From the NCBI GenBank assembly GCA_003971905.1, contig RSEE01000037.1, forward strand, positions 124,001 through 188,000: DNA of 64,000 bases. The letters are read 5' to 3'. The stretch is from Moniliella sp. 'wahieum'. Its lineage: Eukaryota. Below the pieces are notes generated by a model that was not told the DNA's origin, did no database searches, and saw nothing but the letters and a program-made list of their open reading frames with translations. Numbering within the stretch: the stretch's first letter is position 1; every line of letters starts with the position of its first letter. Below are positions 37,401-49,838 of this stretch, piece after piece. A program made the position numbers and the translations under genes.

Positions 37401-39348
37401 TGCAGGCGCTGCACGGGGAGCGGCACTGGGTCTACAGGCCCCAAGGAGCGGGGATGGGCCTCGGGACCGGGCCGGATGAAGGTTCGGACGGACCGAGCAC
37501 CATCTCGCTGCCAGATGCCGAGGGCGTCGAGGGCATAGCAGAAGACACATGGGTGGCCTGGGCCAGGGCTGATTGTTGCCGAGGACGATAACTGTGCTTG
37601 GCACCCGGCGCTGAGCGTGGGCCCACGCTCGGCGGCGCCTCCATGGCCTCTGCCTCCCTCGCATGAGGCTGTAGCGAAGCACGCAACTTGGCCGCGCCTC
37701 ACGGAGACGGATGAGTTTGCGGCGCTCTTGCAGTGTCAATCGGGGGCGATTGATCATTTCCAGCGGGGGCGGGGGTGGAGGTGGATGCATCTTCGCTCCC
37801 TTTACTGCCCTGAGGGGGTACCGACCCGGCCGCCTGCGCAGGCTGGGCAACGGGCTCGGTTTCCATGGTGTCCAGCCCTGCGGGCGCCGAGCCAAGGGAG
37901 ACGAGCGACAAGCGCCTAGGATGTTCCACCACCGGAGCAGCCATGTGCTCGTCCAGGTGGCGTCCATGGAGGTGTACCCCTCATCGTCCGAGGCGGCGCC
38001 ATTGTCAATGTGCGGGTCAAGATGACCGTCCATAGAGGTGTATCCGTTAAGTTGATGACGAGAAGGTGGTCGGTCCGTAACAGCACCGTTGTCGCGACTT
38101 TGCGCCTGGCCGGGCTTGTGCGACCGCATCCACGCCTCGTGGTGGGCAATGATACCAGCCCGGTAGCTCGTTGCAGAGTGAGAGCGTCCTTGGGATGGGC
38201 ATTGACTTCTGGGTGCAGGAAGGCGTGTTGCTGTGGATAATAAGAGTGGGAGGATGGTGAACGTGCTGGTCTTGACGGACTTGCTGTTGAGAGTGTGGCA
38301 CACTCGAAGGGAGACACTGTAAGCTCATTGTCCGCGGAGGTGGGGTTGGCCGCCCATTCAGGCCATCTGCACCTGATATCGAGGCAGCGGCCCCTCCCTG
38401 TGCTGCGGGCACATGATCCTGCTTCCCACCGCCATTTGTACTGGCGGTTTTACTTTGCTCTGATGCACACTTCTTACCCTGCACCACCTGTTGATCAGGT
38501 TCAGGCTGGAACGGACTGAACTTGCCCGTAGAATCAGCGAAGCGGTCACCATTAAGACCCGCCAGTGAGGTGCGATCAAAGTTGGTATGACCATCTTGCG
38601 TTGGAGCGGTATGCCGATCCAGTGCCGGCGGGACGGAGAGCTTTCCGTTGAGGGGGAAGCTACCATCCACTGTAGTGAGAGAAGGAGGCGTATCAAGGTG
38701 CTGGTGAGCCTGGGCCTTGGAATTGGCAATACCTAGGGAATCGACATGACCATTCGCCAGGCCATTGGAGCTGGCATGGCCATTGGCGTGGCCATGAAGA
38801 TTGGTGTGGCCGTCCTGGTTCCCATCGGGACGAGGAAAGGGGAGGTCGTCCAGGTGCCCATTGGGGCCAGAAGAAGGACCAGGATCGAGCTGGCCATCCA
38901 CATGGGTTTCCCATGATGGTCGGCCGCACCACGCGGGCCATGACCATCAGGGAATGGTCCATCGAGGAGAGGGCCGTCCTGCCCACTACTGACGAGGGCG
39001 GGAGGAGGCGGTTGGTCCATGTGGTTGTGGAGAGGCCATGTAGGATCGAAGCCTGGACGGGAGGGAGGGGGAGAGGAACGGGGAGTCAAAGCGGGCGCCG
39101 TTCAACCAGCCAGAGGCAGGGTCGGAGGAGGTGGGGCCAACGACACCCACCGGGCCGAGGTAGGCATGGGAGAGTAGGTGGGGGGGGAGAGGGAAGGAGT
39201 CATCGTGGGGGTCTGCGCCAGGGGGGTCGAGAACGGGGAAATCAGCGTAGGCTGTGGCGGTAAGCAGGGAAAGAATTTCTTCGTGGCTGATGGATTGGTG
39301 GTGGGGCATGGCCGCCTGCCCATCCAAACTGGGAAGGTGGGTGTCCAT
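34481..39348 (-). CDS. wc-1: White Collar-1-like blue-light photoreceptor (LOV + PAS; frameshifted, end approximate)
   Basis: YSSTGFDMLSALLRVASRP, GPVDLS, LTGYERHEVLGRNCRFLQ (LOV with photoactive Cys), INYRKGG.PF.N, PAS domain DIIYVLSLKG...HPADVVPVFRELK, and SWQYELHQLKHLNKRL. No GATA finger is seen, as is typical of basidiomycetes. Confidence 0.93.
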
Positions 39349-41217
39349 ACTGGAGACGCGGAGTCAAGAGAACGAGGCTGGGCTAGAGAGGTGCAGAACT
39401 GGAGCTGAAAGACTCAACCAGCCAGTGGGGCGGGAGCACAAGGTGTAGCAAGGGGGGGGGGGGAGAAGAGCGTAACGGTCGGACGCTAGGAGAAAGAAGG
39501 GCCACAGTAAGAGGTGGCGAGAGGGAGGCACTAGGACAGGATATACGCTGCCACTAAATCTACTCGGGGAAGCGGGTTAGCACGGCATGGCAGGCATAAC
39601 GGTGGGGATGCGTACCTGGAGGACGAAGCGAGTCGAGTATTTTCTACGGGAAAATTACCGGGCGATCAACGAAAACGAGGACGAAAACGAGGGACAGAGA
39701 CGGAGGCGAGACACCGAAGACACGGCGCGGAGGGTGGTGGGAGGGGAGGGGAGGGGAGGGGAGGGGAGGGGGGGGGGGGGGGCTCAAGCTATCGGAGCGA
39801 TGCGAGCGGGGGGACCGTGCGTCAGGAAAGTGACGACGTGGACCCCAAGGGGAGGGGGGGCGAAGGGGGAGGCGAAGGGGCCGCGCGAAGGCGGACGGGT
39901 GGGCTGGGGCGGTGCGCTAGTGGAGGCAGGGGGCGGGGGCGCGGACAGAGTGCTAGCAAGCCCGAGTGGCAGCGGAAGCTGCGCGGGCAAGAAGAGCAGG
40001 GCGGCGGTGGCGGCGGCGGCGGTGGAGGCGACGGAGAGGCGCGTGGAGCGACTGGATGCGGTGGCGGCGGGGGCGAGCGAGGAGGAGGCGGGTCGCTGGC
40101 CAGGCCGGGCGTGGTGGGTGCGAGGGCCTGCCTGTTACGTACTCGGCCCCCAGCGGCGAGGACTGGAGTACGGCGGGAGTACGGAGGTGCTGGATGCGCC
40201 CTCGATCGCGAGCGCTGTTTGGGATGCTCGACGCATGCGCATATTACGTACCACAGCGCACGCGCCCTCCTGCTGCCTCATCGATCGCATGTCACCATGT
40301 CACCCATCACATCCCGGTGTGTGGCCCACGGAATACTGACTAGTCACAGTGACTGGTGACTACTAGGCGTCGCAGGCACGACGGCATGCCCCCATCGACC
40401 ATCGGCCATCCCCCAGGGCTGCAACACCATCCACCCCCCTCAGCGCGTCATCCGCGTCATCCGCGTCGGGCTCATCACATTCACACGCGTCACGACCATC
40501 CCATCCCATCCTCTCTCTGTCCATCCGCGGGGAGCTGCGCAACCGTCATCGACATTGTATAGTCACTTCTGGCGCTAGTGACATGTGACAATAGTGAGCG
40601 CACCTATACGGCCGATCTCTGCACCTATAGATGCAAGAAGCCAACACCTGCCAACACCACATTTCATGTCATACCGCTCCCCCTCGCCCCTTTTGTCCCT
40701 CCTGCCCTTGAAGCTTCAAGCTTCAAGCTAACTTCAAGCGTCGACAAGACACTGATCCAATGCATCCGTCAAAACACGCCAAGTTCCCTCTCTTTAAGAG
40801 CGTTAAGCCGGCTATCTTCAAGCTTCAAGCTTCAAGCTTCACGATTCAGATAACTCCTCTCCCTCTTCCTCTCCCCTTCTCTCTCTCGCCTCTTCTGTTT
40901 GGTACCCGTGCCCCACCATCGCTCCCAATCGAACGCTGAGGCAGCACAGAGAGAGTTCGCGCAGTTGAACGTTGAACGTTGATGCCGTTTGGCATTATGC
41001 ATCATCTAAAAAGACCTAATGGAGTGGTTGCACCAGTGCTGAACCAGTTCGATAATCCATCGCACTAACAAGGGGCATCCATCACATGTCAGCCGGCGGG
41101 AACCTGCCGTTCGGAGGCAGTCTGGGACTGTGGTCTTCTGTGGCATGCATGACATGTGATTATATGTGGTTCTCTCTGTAAGCTGTATAGTTCTCTGTGG
41201 TCCTCTGTGGTGTTATT

Positions 41218-41264
41218 ACTGTGGTACTGTGGTACTGTGGTACTGTGGTACTGTGGTACTGTGG
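41218..41264 (+). repeat. (ACTGTGGT)n octamer repeat
   Basis: About 5.5 perfect copies. Confidence 0.9.
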
Positions 41265-42814
41265 CACATCTCACAGATCTCAGGTCTCAGGGGCGTTCGG
41301 CCTTCGGGAAACAGAGGCCACAAATCCAAAAGATCATCCGTAACGCGTAGCGTGTAACGCGTACCAATCACAGGTAACCGGTAACCGGGAACCGGGAACC
41401 GGGAACCGGTAACCGGTAACATGGGAACATGTAAAACAGTCCATGCACCCCATCTCACCAAGAAAATCGATCCGAGGGGCAACGATCTGGCATGCTGGCC
41501 GACCCCTCTGACATGCCTGATCACAGAGGGGCTCAAGATGGGGAGTGCATATACATACAGTACTCGCCGCTCCCGGCGTGGAACTTGGATCTTAGGAGCT
41601 ACGGTATTATCGCTGCAGCTGGCCATTACCCACGCCCATTGTACATCGCCTCCATGCCTCCATAGAAATTGTGCATGTATATTCGAGTTCACCCGGTCCG
41701 TCTCCCCGTGGTCGACATGTGCCATGTGGGCCGCGGCTCGGTTGCAGAGGCAAGTATCCCAGCCTCATACGCCCGCCTGGCCACTATGAGCGGGGGGTGA
41801 GAAGATGGGGAGGAGAGAGTAAGGGGACGGGGGGGTATAGAGGAAGAAAGCTGAATACCCACTTTCCAGAGAAAACGCAATGCAATGTGGGCACTGCATG
41901 ACATGATGTTTTCAACTCTTCGACTCCCCTTCCCTCTACAGTTTTTTTCCTCAGGATGATAAATAGATGGGGGAGGATGGCCTTGGGCCTTAGGCTGTAA
42001 GGGAGAGAAGGAAAGATGAAAGAGACTGGAAGCTTGAAGCTGGAAGAGGTGATTGGGACGCATGGAAGTCCCGTACTACACCTGCTGGAACACCGGCAGC
42101 GGACCAATTGCGTTGGAACCGCGCACATGCATCCTATGGCGGGGGATTGCGCCGGGGCGCACCGCACTGCGGTCCCATTACAAAAGTGATGTGTAATTAA
42201 ACCTGTGGTTGAGATGATCGATCCGATGACCGCCTGGTTGTTACATTCACACCCTTCGTTCATCGGCGAGCTTGTAAGTGCCCTCGAACATCTATCTCTC
42301 AACGACCTCACCATCACTCCAGTAGAGGGAGAGGGTGGAACCCTTTCCACGCTTCTAATCGAGGGCAATAGGATATATAGGTGCCCCGGGATTTTGTGAG
42401 AGGCCTCTTCAGTTCAGTTTGTTGAGGTATAGGCCCGACCTGGCACGACCTGCCGTAGTTCAGAGGCCCATGCATCATGTGCTTGCAGTTGGGGGTACCG
42501 ATGTGCGCTTAGGGTATACGTTCTCCAACTCCCGCCCAGTCTTGAAACACGAAGAGGGAAGCATGATGGACACAAGAGACTGTACGCAGTGGAGCTCTCA
42601 CACCAGAAACAGGTGGGGCCAGAGACTCTGGGGAAATCCCCTGACAGGCAAATCCGGGGGAAGCTTGCTTGGCCCCAAACCCAAGGACCACACACCCTCA
42701 CTCTTCTCGTCCTCTAGACTGTGGGTTTCGCTGCGAGCTTAGTATGTGTTCATCTTGGCCAGCAACTTGCCAGGCGAGAGTGCAAAACCATTCGAAAAGG
42801 GGTGGGGGGGGGCT

Positions 42815-42862
42815 TGTGTGTGTGTGTGTGTATGTGTGTATGTGTATGTGTGTGTGTGTGTG
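42815..42862 (+). repeat. (TG)n imperfect microsatellite
   Basis: Directly visible. Confidence 0.9.
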
Positions 42863-43954
42863 CCCCCCTGGCTACCTATGTCCTCGCATTGCATTGCATT
42901 GCATTGCATCATCCTACTTGACCACCCGAGGCAACGAGCAGTTAAGCGGGGTAGGGGGTACTGGTGGAGCAAAACTTCGAAGGCAAGGAGGCCAAGACCA
43001 CAGTCGATCATTATTCGTACTATATTCGTACTACAGCAAAACATTGGTGTCACAGGGACCCCTCAGGCGACTTTGGTGTGAGGTACGCGGATCGTCCGTA
43101 TTGTGTGCACAGCTCTGCGGGCCTTTGTCGACATCCGGCCTTTCCAACAACACGCAACACCCCCAACCGCTTGCCCTCCGTTCCCACCTCAAGAGGGGAT
43201 CTATACCTGCGGCAGCGCACTGCATACAGTAGTACCCTCCCCCTCCCCCTTTCCCTTGCTTGCTTGCTTGCTGTCCTTTCTCATTCGTTTTCTCTTCTCT
43301 GCTCATCCGCACGTGGTCCTTTCCATCTCGCACGTTGGCTGAGCGATGCAAGCACCTCTATCCGTAGCTCTGTAGAGGCGGACTACGGCAGGCAGACGGT
43401 GCGGTCTGTCGGAGCTATCAGAAGCAGGTGAGCGAGAACGCGGTAACGAGGTGAGGGAAGGGGTGGGACAGCAAGGAAGAGAGGAATGCGCCCGTGGTGT
43501 CTACTACACATGCAGCTTACAATTGTAACACGGCGGAGGCGCCATGTGGGAGCGCGCGGCGGGCTTTAAAGCCTACTAGATCGAACCTCTTAACTAGGGC
43601 AGCGTCCCGCACAGTAGCCGCGGTACAACAGCTCCTCGTTTTTCTTACCTTCTGCCTGCCCCTCGGACCAAGCGAATCCACGTCCTAGCAGGGCTTCCTC
43701 ACCGGCCTCTATAAATGTACTCGCCAGAACCCTTGTTCTAGTCTCATCCCATCGACATGGACAAAACAAAAGCTTCGTTTCAATTGCAGGCCAAGGTGGG
43801 AAAGGAAGGGGACCAGAGGTCTCTATAGTGACAGACGAGGGCGGAGAGGAAAGGGACGGAGCGGGGTGGAGCGGGGTAGAAGCACGAAAAAAACACAGAC
43901 GAGGGAGCACCAGCACACGAGGTCCAAAGGGGGGCAAAGGTCCAAACCAGCACA

Positions 43955-45060
43955 CTACGGTTTGGGCACCTTGAGGGTTTTGGAGATAAACGCCATGGCC
44001 CATGCGAGCCATAGGAAAGAGAGACGATGGATGGTGGCGGAGAGGTGTGTGTGGGTCCAGAGGGCCAAGGAGGTGGTAGGGATGGACCAAGTGGCCAAGA
44101 CGGGCCATTTGGCCGCCAGGTGGCCACGCAGTTGGTCCACGTGGGTCAGGACAAAGACCAAGAGCGGGCCTGGGTCTAGATCCACCACGCCTCCTGGCAC
44201 AACACTGTGACCAGCTTGGCGTTGCGCGTCGCGCCATTGGTACGCCTCGTCCGAGGCCAACGCGCCGCACCAACCTACCGCGAGAGGGTGGGGCTCGGCC
44301 CCAGTCCAGCGGTGGGTTAGGCCACGGAGCAAGGAGGAAGGCGCGTCGGAAAACAGTTGTTTGTGGTGGCTCTCGATCGGCCCGACGGGACCGGCATCCA
44401 CAGCACCATACAGAAGCGCCACTGCCATCCCACCCACAAGCAACAGGGAAGAAGGAATGGGCAAGCCTTCAAAGTACTTGGCCTTGCCACTCTTGTCGTG
44501 CGGCAGGGAGGCGGCCGTGACGTTGAAGCGGGCGAGGCGGGCCAGGCCGCAGCAGACAAAGATGGTGAGCACCAACGAGTCGAGTAAGTGCGCATGCCCA
44601 GTGCGTACGCCGCGAACGCAGGGGCCATGCCAAAGCTGACCAAGTCCGCTAGCGAGTCGAGTTCCTGGCCCAGCAACGAGGATGATCGACGCCACCGCGC
44701 CACGCGCCCATCCAGCAGGTCAAACACCGCGCCCAGCAGGGGGAACCAGAGCGCGTGCCAAATATGGATCGGGTCCGAGGTGAGCAAGTAGCGGCCGGAA
44801 GCAAAGATGCTCTGCGCACCGCAAAAGCCATTCATCAGCGTAAACGCGTCCGCCAGGTGAAAGTTGCGCACCAGGCTAAAGTGGCCGTCGCGCTCCACGA
44901 ACTGCACCAAGGCCGGCGACGGCTCCGCGGTCCTGGCGGGCTGCTGGGCATGCTCCTGCTCCGACTCGGTGTCCAGCTCGTCGGACTTGGCGGGGCGCTT
45001 GCCACGCTTGCCGCGCTTGCCGCTGGGCGAGGCGGGCGAAAGGGTCTTGCTGCGGGGCAT
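43955..45060 (-). CDS. CHO1: CDP-diacylglycerol--serine O-phosphatidyltransferase (phosphatidylserine synthase), one apparent frameshift
   Basis: HFSLVRNFHLADAFTLMNGFCG, CDP-alcohol phosphotransferase motif DLLDGRVAR...GQELDSLADLVSFG, CGLARLARFNVT, YFEGLPIP, ISKTLKVPKP. Confidence 0.96.
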
Positions 45061-48000
45061 GAGGCAGGCAGGAGAAGGAGGGACACGCAGGGGGCGGATG
45101 CGGTGTCGAGACGGCTGGATCGGGTGGATGGGATCGGGTGTGTGTGTGCCCGGGGGCTGTGGCGTGGCGGGTGGCTGCCCCTGGGAGCGCTAATAGCAAG
45201 CACGAGCAAGCGGCAGCTGGCGTGCCGCGTGCTGCGTGGACCGTGCGCATCGCAACCCTACTGCCCCTCAGCCTCCCCCACCCATACCCCACGCCCTGAC
45301 CATTGATTATCGCATCATCCATCATCCGCCGTGCACAGCCCCAAACGCCTCTTGTATCAACCGCAGCCCCGCCACTCCAGCGAGGGCAGCGAGGGCAGCG
45401 AGGGCAGCGCCCAGCAGCACCATGGACCAACGCCGCGTTGGACTTGGTTGACGGTAAGCGCGTTGAGCTTAAGACCTTAAGCTTTAAGGGTCTGTGGTAG
45501 CAATAGGGTCCGCGGGCAATGTTGCGAGTGGGGCCGACGAGGACGAGAGTCGCAGAGGCACGGACGGAGAAGAGGGGGTCAGACATGTCCTGCTGGTGGG
45601 GGGGGGGAATGTTTTTGGCCACTCGTATGTGGGTCCGCGAAGCCATCTGCCCTGGATGCCAACCTGGCTGAGCACGTTGTCCCTGGACTGACCGGCGCCG
45701 CGAGTCACACTGCAATCCGCGCCCCTTCGTCACGCATCAGGCTTGGCAACCCCGTCGGCCTCAGAAAAGGCCAGCGCAGAGGCCCAACCCCGGATACCTC
45801 TCGCACGGCCACCATCTCCATTGCCTCTCAGATCTCATCGATCAAACTGCGCTGGCTGGGCCTGTGGGAAGATCAGATCAATCACAGGCAACCCATCCAT
45901 CCACCGCGTCCACCTCTGGCGTTTTGGGCCCCATGAGTCACGGGACGCGTCGCCATCACCATCGCTGCAACGTACCTAGCGTACTTGGAGCAGGCCGGGA
46001 TGCCTGAGCGAAAGAAGGTGCCGTATTTGATCTCTGTCGGAGATGCTACTACGTGTGCCATCGAAAATTAAACGAGGAGGCCCAGTCTGAGAGTTTTAAG
46101 GGCCAGCCGGCCGGCGCCAAGATGGGGTCACGATTGCTTCAAGCTTCAAGGGCCAACTTAAACCCCGAAGGCTGCACCGGCCCCCGCCCGGGCTCCGGTA
46201 ACTAGTAACTAGATGACTAGGAGCTGGTAGCGCGGGTAACATAATAGCAACGGGTAATACCTGGTAATCGGGAAAGGTTTGGGAAGCCACGGAGCAATCG
46301 GAAGGGGAGTGTGCCCCAGCGCCTACGACGCCACGGAGCGGCGAACCCTACTGGCCCACTAGGGTGGCCGATCTATATATTCACACTGCCTACTATATCC
46401 GCTGCTGCCTGCCCACCGGCCACCGCCCATCCGCAACCCGGCTGGGGGAGCCATCAGCCCGCCACCACCACCACCCGCCATGGCCCTGCTCTCCATCCCG
46501 CCCTGTGCCGCCCCGTTGGCATGCACCTCCTCTCTCCGTCCCAGCGTGTTACTCGGGAAGAGTTGGACCGTGCCGACCGGCTTGGCGCACGCTCCACCAC
46601 CGCGGCAATCCGACCGCGGTTTACCGGGCACCTTATCTTGTCCTTCCGCGGTCCGCCGCTCCTCCGCCCCCCTCGTAGGGCCAGGACGGAAGAGTGGGAT
46701 GCGGACACTGCCACGCTCGTTGGATCGGTTCGGTCCGACTCGCCTACCCTCACGGCACGTGGAGGTTTTGTCTATATCTACCAGCCCAGCGCGCTCAGAT
46801 GCAAGCCGACCAACTCGCCGACGCTGCGTTGGACCGGATGATGGACCAGGCTGCCGGTCTCACTGCTCTCTCCCGTTCCTGGCCGCACCACCTCGCTTCC
46901 CCTTCCCCCTCTCTCTTCTCCTCCCGCTCCCCCGCCCCCTTCTCCTCAACTCTTCGCGCACACCGCAGCTCCGGACCGGCACCCCGCATCCGTCGTGGAA
47001 ACGGCTTTGAAGCGATGTGGACCTAACTCTCCTCCGGGCTGTGTTCTGCTTGTTGGTCCCTGCCGTCTGCAGGCATGTGTCCTTGCCCCTTTCCTCTAGT
47101 GGAATGAGAGGAAACGGGGGGAGGGTCACGATCACTGATCACCGGTCATTGTTTGGACACTACACACGGCTTTTCTTCTTCCCTCTGGCGTGGCATCTGA
47201 TCCTTTCGACGTCCCCCAACTCTCCCCTCTTTCCGTTCAACGTTCAACCTCTAGAGCAGGTCCTCTGGCTTCCTGTAGCATATGTATGTCACATGTCATA
47301 TTTACCGGTCTCTACTCTTCCCGCTTCCCCACGTTCTTCCCTCCTCACACAGCTGGTGCAAATAACCCCATCTTTTTCGTTACGCGTTACGCGTTTATCG
47401 CGTTAATCCCTGCAGACTACCTTATTGTCAGGTACCAGCTCGCTCCGCTCCGCCCATCCTTTCACGCTAGGCACGCAAGCTTGGTCGGGGCTCTTGCATG
47501 CCTGACAGCTAGCCTATTACTATTCCATTCCTTAGACTTAGGCCTTATTGTACTTTTGCCAGTTGTCCTCTGCCATGCATCACGCTTCCACCATGTCCAT
47601 TCTTAACCTTGCCGTAGGCGGTAACCGGTAACCGTAGCCGTAGCCGTTGCAATGGCAGGCTCTATGCCCTTGATGCGGGCATTCTCATTTGCGGCCACGT
47701 GATGCATACCGACCCCCGCTTGACATCAATTAAAGTTCATCAAGTTCATCGAGTTGTGCACCTGCGCCGAAGAAAAATGTTGACCTCCGTAACGTGATCT
47801 GGTCACGGGCCGGAGAAAGAGCTTCTAGCGCGTACCGCTGGACGGTGGACAAAGGTATGGGTACTGGACAACTTGCTTCTCAGCGGCTCCATCGCTTATC
47901 CAACGGATAGGTGAGTATCATTCACTGGAACCACAGCAACACCGGAGGAGAGGAGAAGAGGAGAGAGAAGAGAAGAAACGAGGAGAGAGGAGAAGAGGGG

Positions 48001-48488
48001 AAGAGGAGAGAGGAGAAAGGAGAGGAATGGTGAAGGTGGTGAAGGTGGTGGGGGTGATACCTGGTGCGGGTCAGTCATCGCACTGCTTTCCACCTCGAGC
48101 ACAAGACGCCGCTGCGTACTTGCCTGCGCGAGCTCACACTTGCTGCCGAATGTACCGTGTTGGTCAAAGAAAAAACGGAGACCAAAAAGAAGAACATATA
48201 GTCCATGGGGCCGGGCCGTGGTATCCGGTCACCGGCCGGTCAGGCCGGTCAGGTGACCTCACCAGGTCACTCGTCGGGCGTCACAGTAATCACAGGAATC
48301 GGCTTTTTATTCCGCCCTCCCGTTCCGCAAGTACAATACAACTTTCATTTCCGCGCTGCGGCTGTGTGCCGATGCACGCCGCTTGGATCATGGCACGTGA
48401 CCGGCGCGTAGACGTACGGTCAACGCTGTCAACCTTGGGGAGGGCAGGTGGCTGGCTGGGGAGCACCCAACCACCACCACCGCCTCTC

Positions 48489-49392
48489 ATGCCCAAACAA
48501 GAGACAGAAGCTGCGCCGCGCCAGGCGCCTATGTGCGAGCTGGACGAGGTCCTGTACGTTCTCTCTCCCATGCTCTCTTCTTCCCTTTCCCTTTCCCTTT
48601 CCCTTTCCCTTTCCCTTTCCCTTTCCCTTTCCCTTTCCTCGCGCACATTGGTTGCGGGTGGGGGGGGGGGGGGGGTGAAAACGTACAGAGCCAACGACCT
48701 GAGCTGACCCTTGGTGCGGATGAAGAGAGATGCTTCCCACGTTAAAGTCGCGATTGAAAAGTGTGGACGATTTGGATGTGCTGCGTGAGCTGAAGAGTAC
48801 CAAGAAGACGATTGAGGAGACGCGTCGAGCCGAGCTGCAAGCGGCGCGAGACGAGCGCGATGGACTGCAACGTCAGTCAGTCGAGTTGATCAAGGCCAAT
48901 TCCGCCCGGGGTATTCGGGATTGGCGTACGGCCGAGATGCATGCGCAAGAGATTGATCGCCTGCACACGGAAAAGTTTGCCATGGCCAAAGCGAATGCCG
49001 ACTTGCAAGCACAGATCGAACGGCTGGAACAAGCGAAAGATGCCATGGAGGAGCAGGTGGTGGAACAGCTGGATCAGAAGGATCCAGCAGAAGGTGTCGA
49101 GCTAGACCCCAACGCGTAAGTCCCCCTCCCCCTCCCCTCTCCTTCAACACGCATACGTCTACGTAAGATAAAGAGGGCTGACACGATGAACGGCAGGATC
49201 ACACTCAAGATCTTGCGTCAGATGGGATTCAGGCCACTGTACAAGACGGATGGAAGCACGTTTGACGAGTTGACGCTCTCCTCGTCGTCGCGTGACAGCT
49301 CCGTCTTGGTCAACGTCTCTCCCGACCACATGCGCCGCGAGGATATCTCCCCGCTCGCCATGGCTGACCAGCTGTGGAAGGCGGTGGAGTAG
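48489..49392 (+). CDS. SPC24: Kinetochore Ndc80-complex subunit Spc24-like
   Basis: Three exons join in frame: 48489-48553, 48726-49115, 49197-49392 (GTACGT and GTAAGT donors, CTGAC branch sites). Coiled coil with H..EIDRL.TEKF..AK, then LKILRQMGF...MADQLW. Confidence 0.75.
48581..48638 (+). repeat. (TTCCCT)n microsatellite within SPC24 intron 1
   Basis: About 9 tandem units. Confidence 0.9.
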
Positions 49393-49598
49393 GGCGGGCG
49401 GCAGGGCTGTGCTTTTGTTGTATTCGATTTGCTCGTTCATGTGAGATTCGCCTCTGGCGCTATGCAGAGGGGGGTGAGGGAGGGAGGGCATTGACAGTGG
49501 TGACACATAGAGTAGAGAGAAGCCATTAGATGCAGAAGAGGAAGGCATAGGGTCATTGTCCCATGTCGATACCCGTATTCCAGCACTTGAAATATCCA

Positions 49599-49683
49599 GC
49601 CTCGCTATTTCAATCGGTAGAATTTGAGACTCTTATTCAAGAGGTCCATCTCACGGTTGTGGGTTCGAGTCCCACGTGGGGCG
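49599..49683 (+). tRNA. tRNA-Lys(CTT) with 12-nt intron (49636-49647)
   Basis: Acceptor GCCTCGC/GTGGGGC; anticodon arm TGAGA-CT CTT A-[intron]-A-TCTCA; T-arm GTGGG TTCGAGT CCCAC; downstream T-run terminator. Confidence 0.93.
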
Positions 49684-49838
49684 TAAAACTTTTTGCAGGA
49701 TCGGTGCAACCGCCGCGTTGTGTACTAGCGACCGGGCAATCAATGACACCGACAAGTCGCGCTGGTCCGTCGCAACGTGCTGCACTTACTGGCGTCGCAA
49801 CCTACCTGTCTCTTGGTCTCCGCTGCCACCTCCGCTCC

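Noticed and set aside
40200..40300. CGAT/GATC motifs upstream of wc-1 as light-response elements
   Set aside because: Short motifs expected by chance; spacing is unconvincing
17810..45060. SHMT plus CHO1 as a serine metabolism cluster
   Set aside because: About 25 kb apart with unrelated genes between; no evidence of co-regulation
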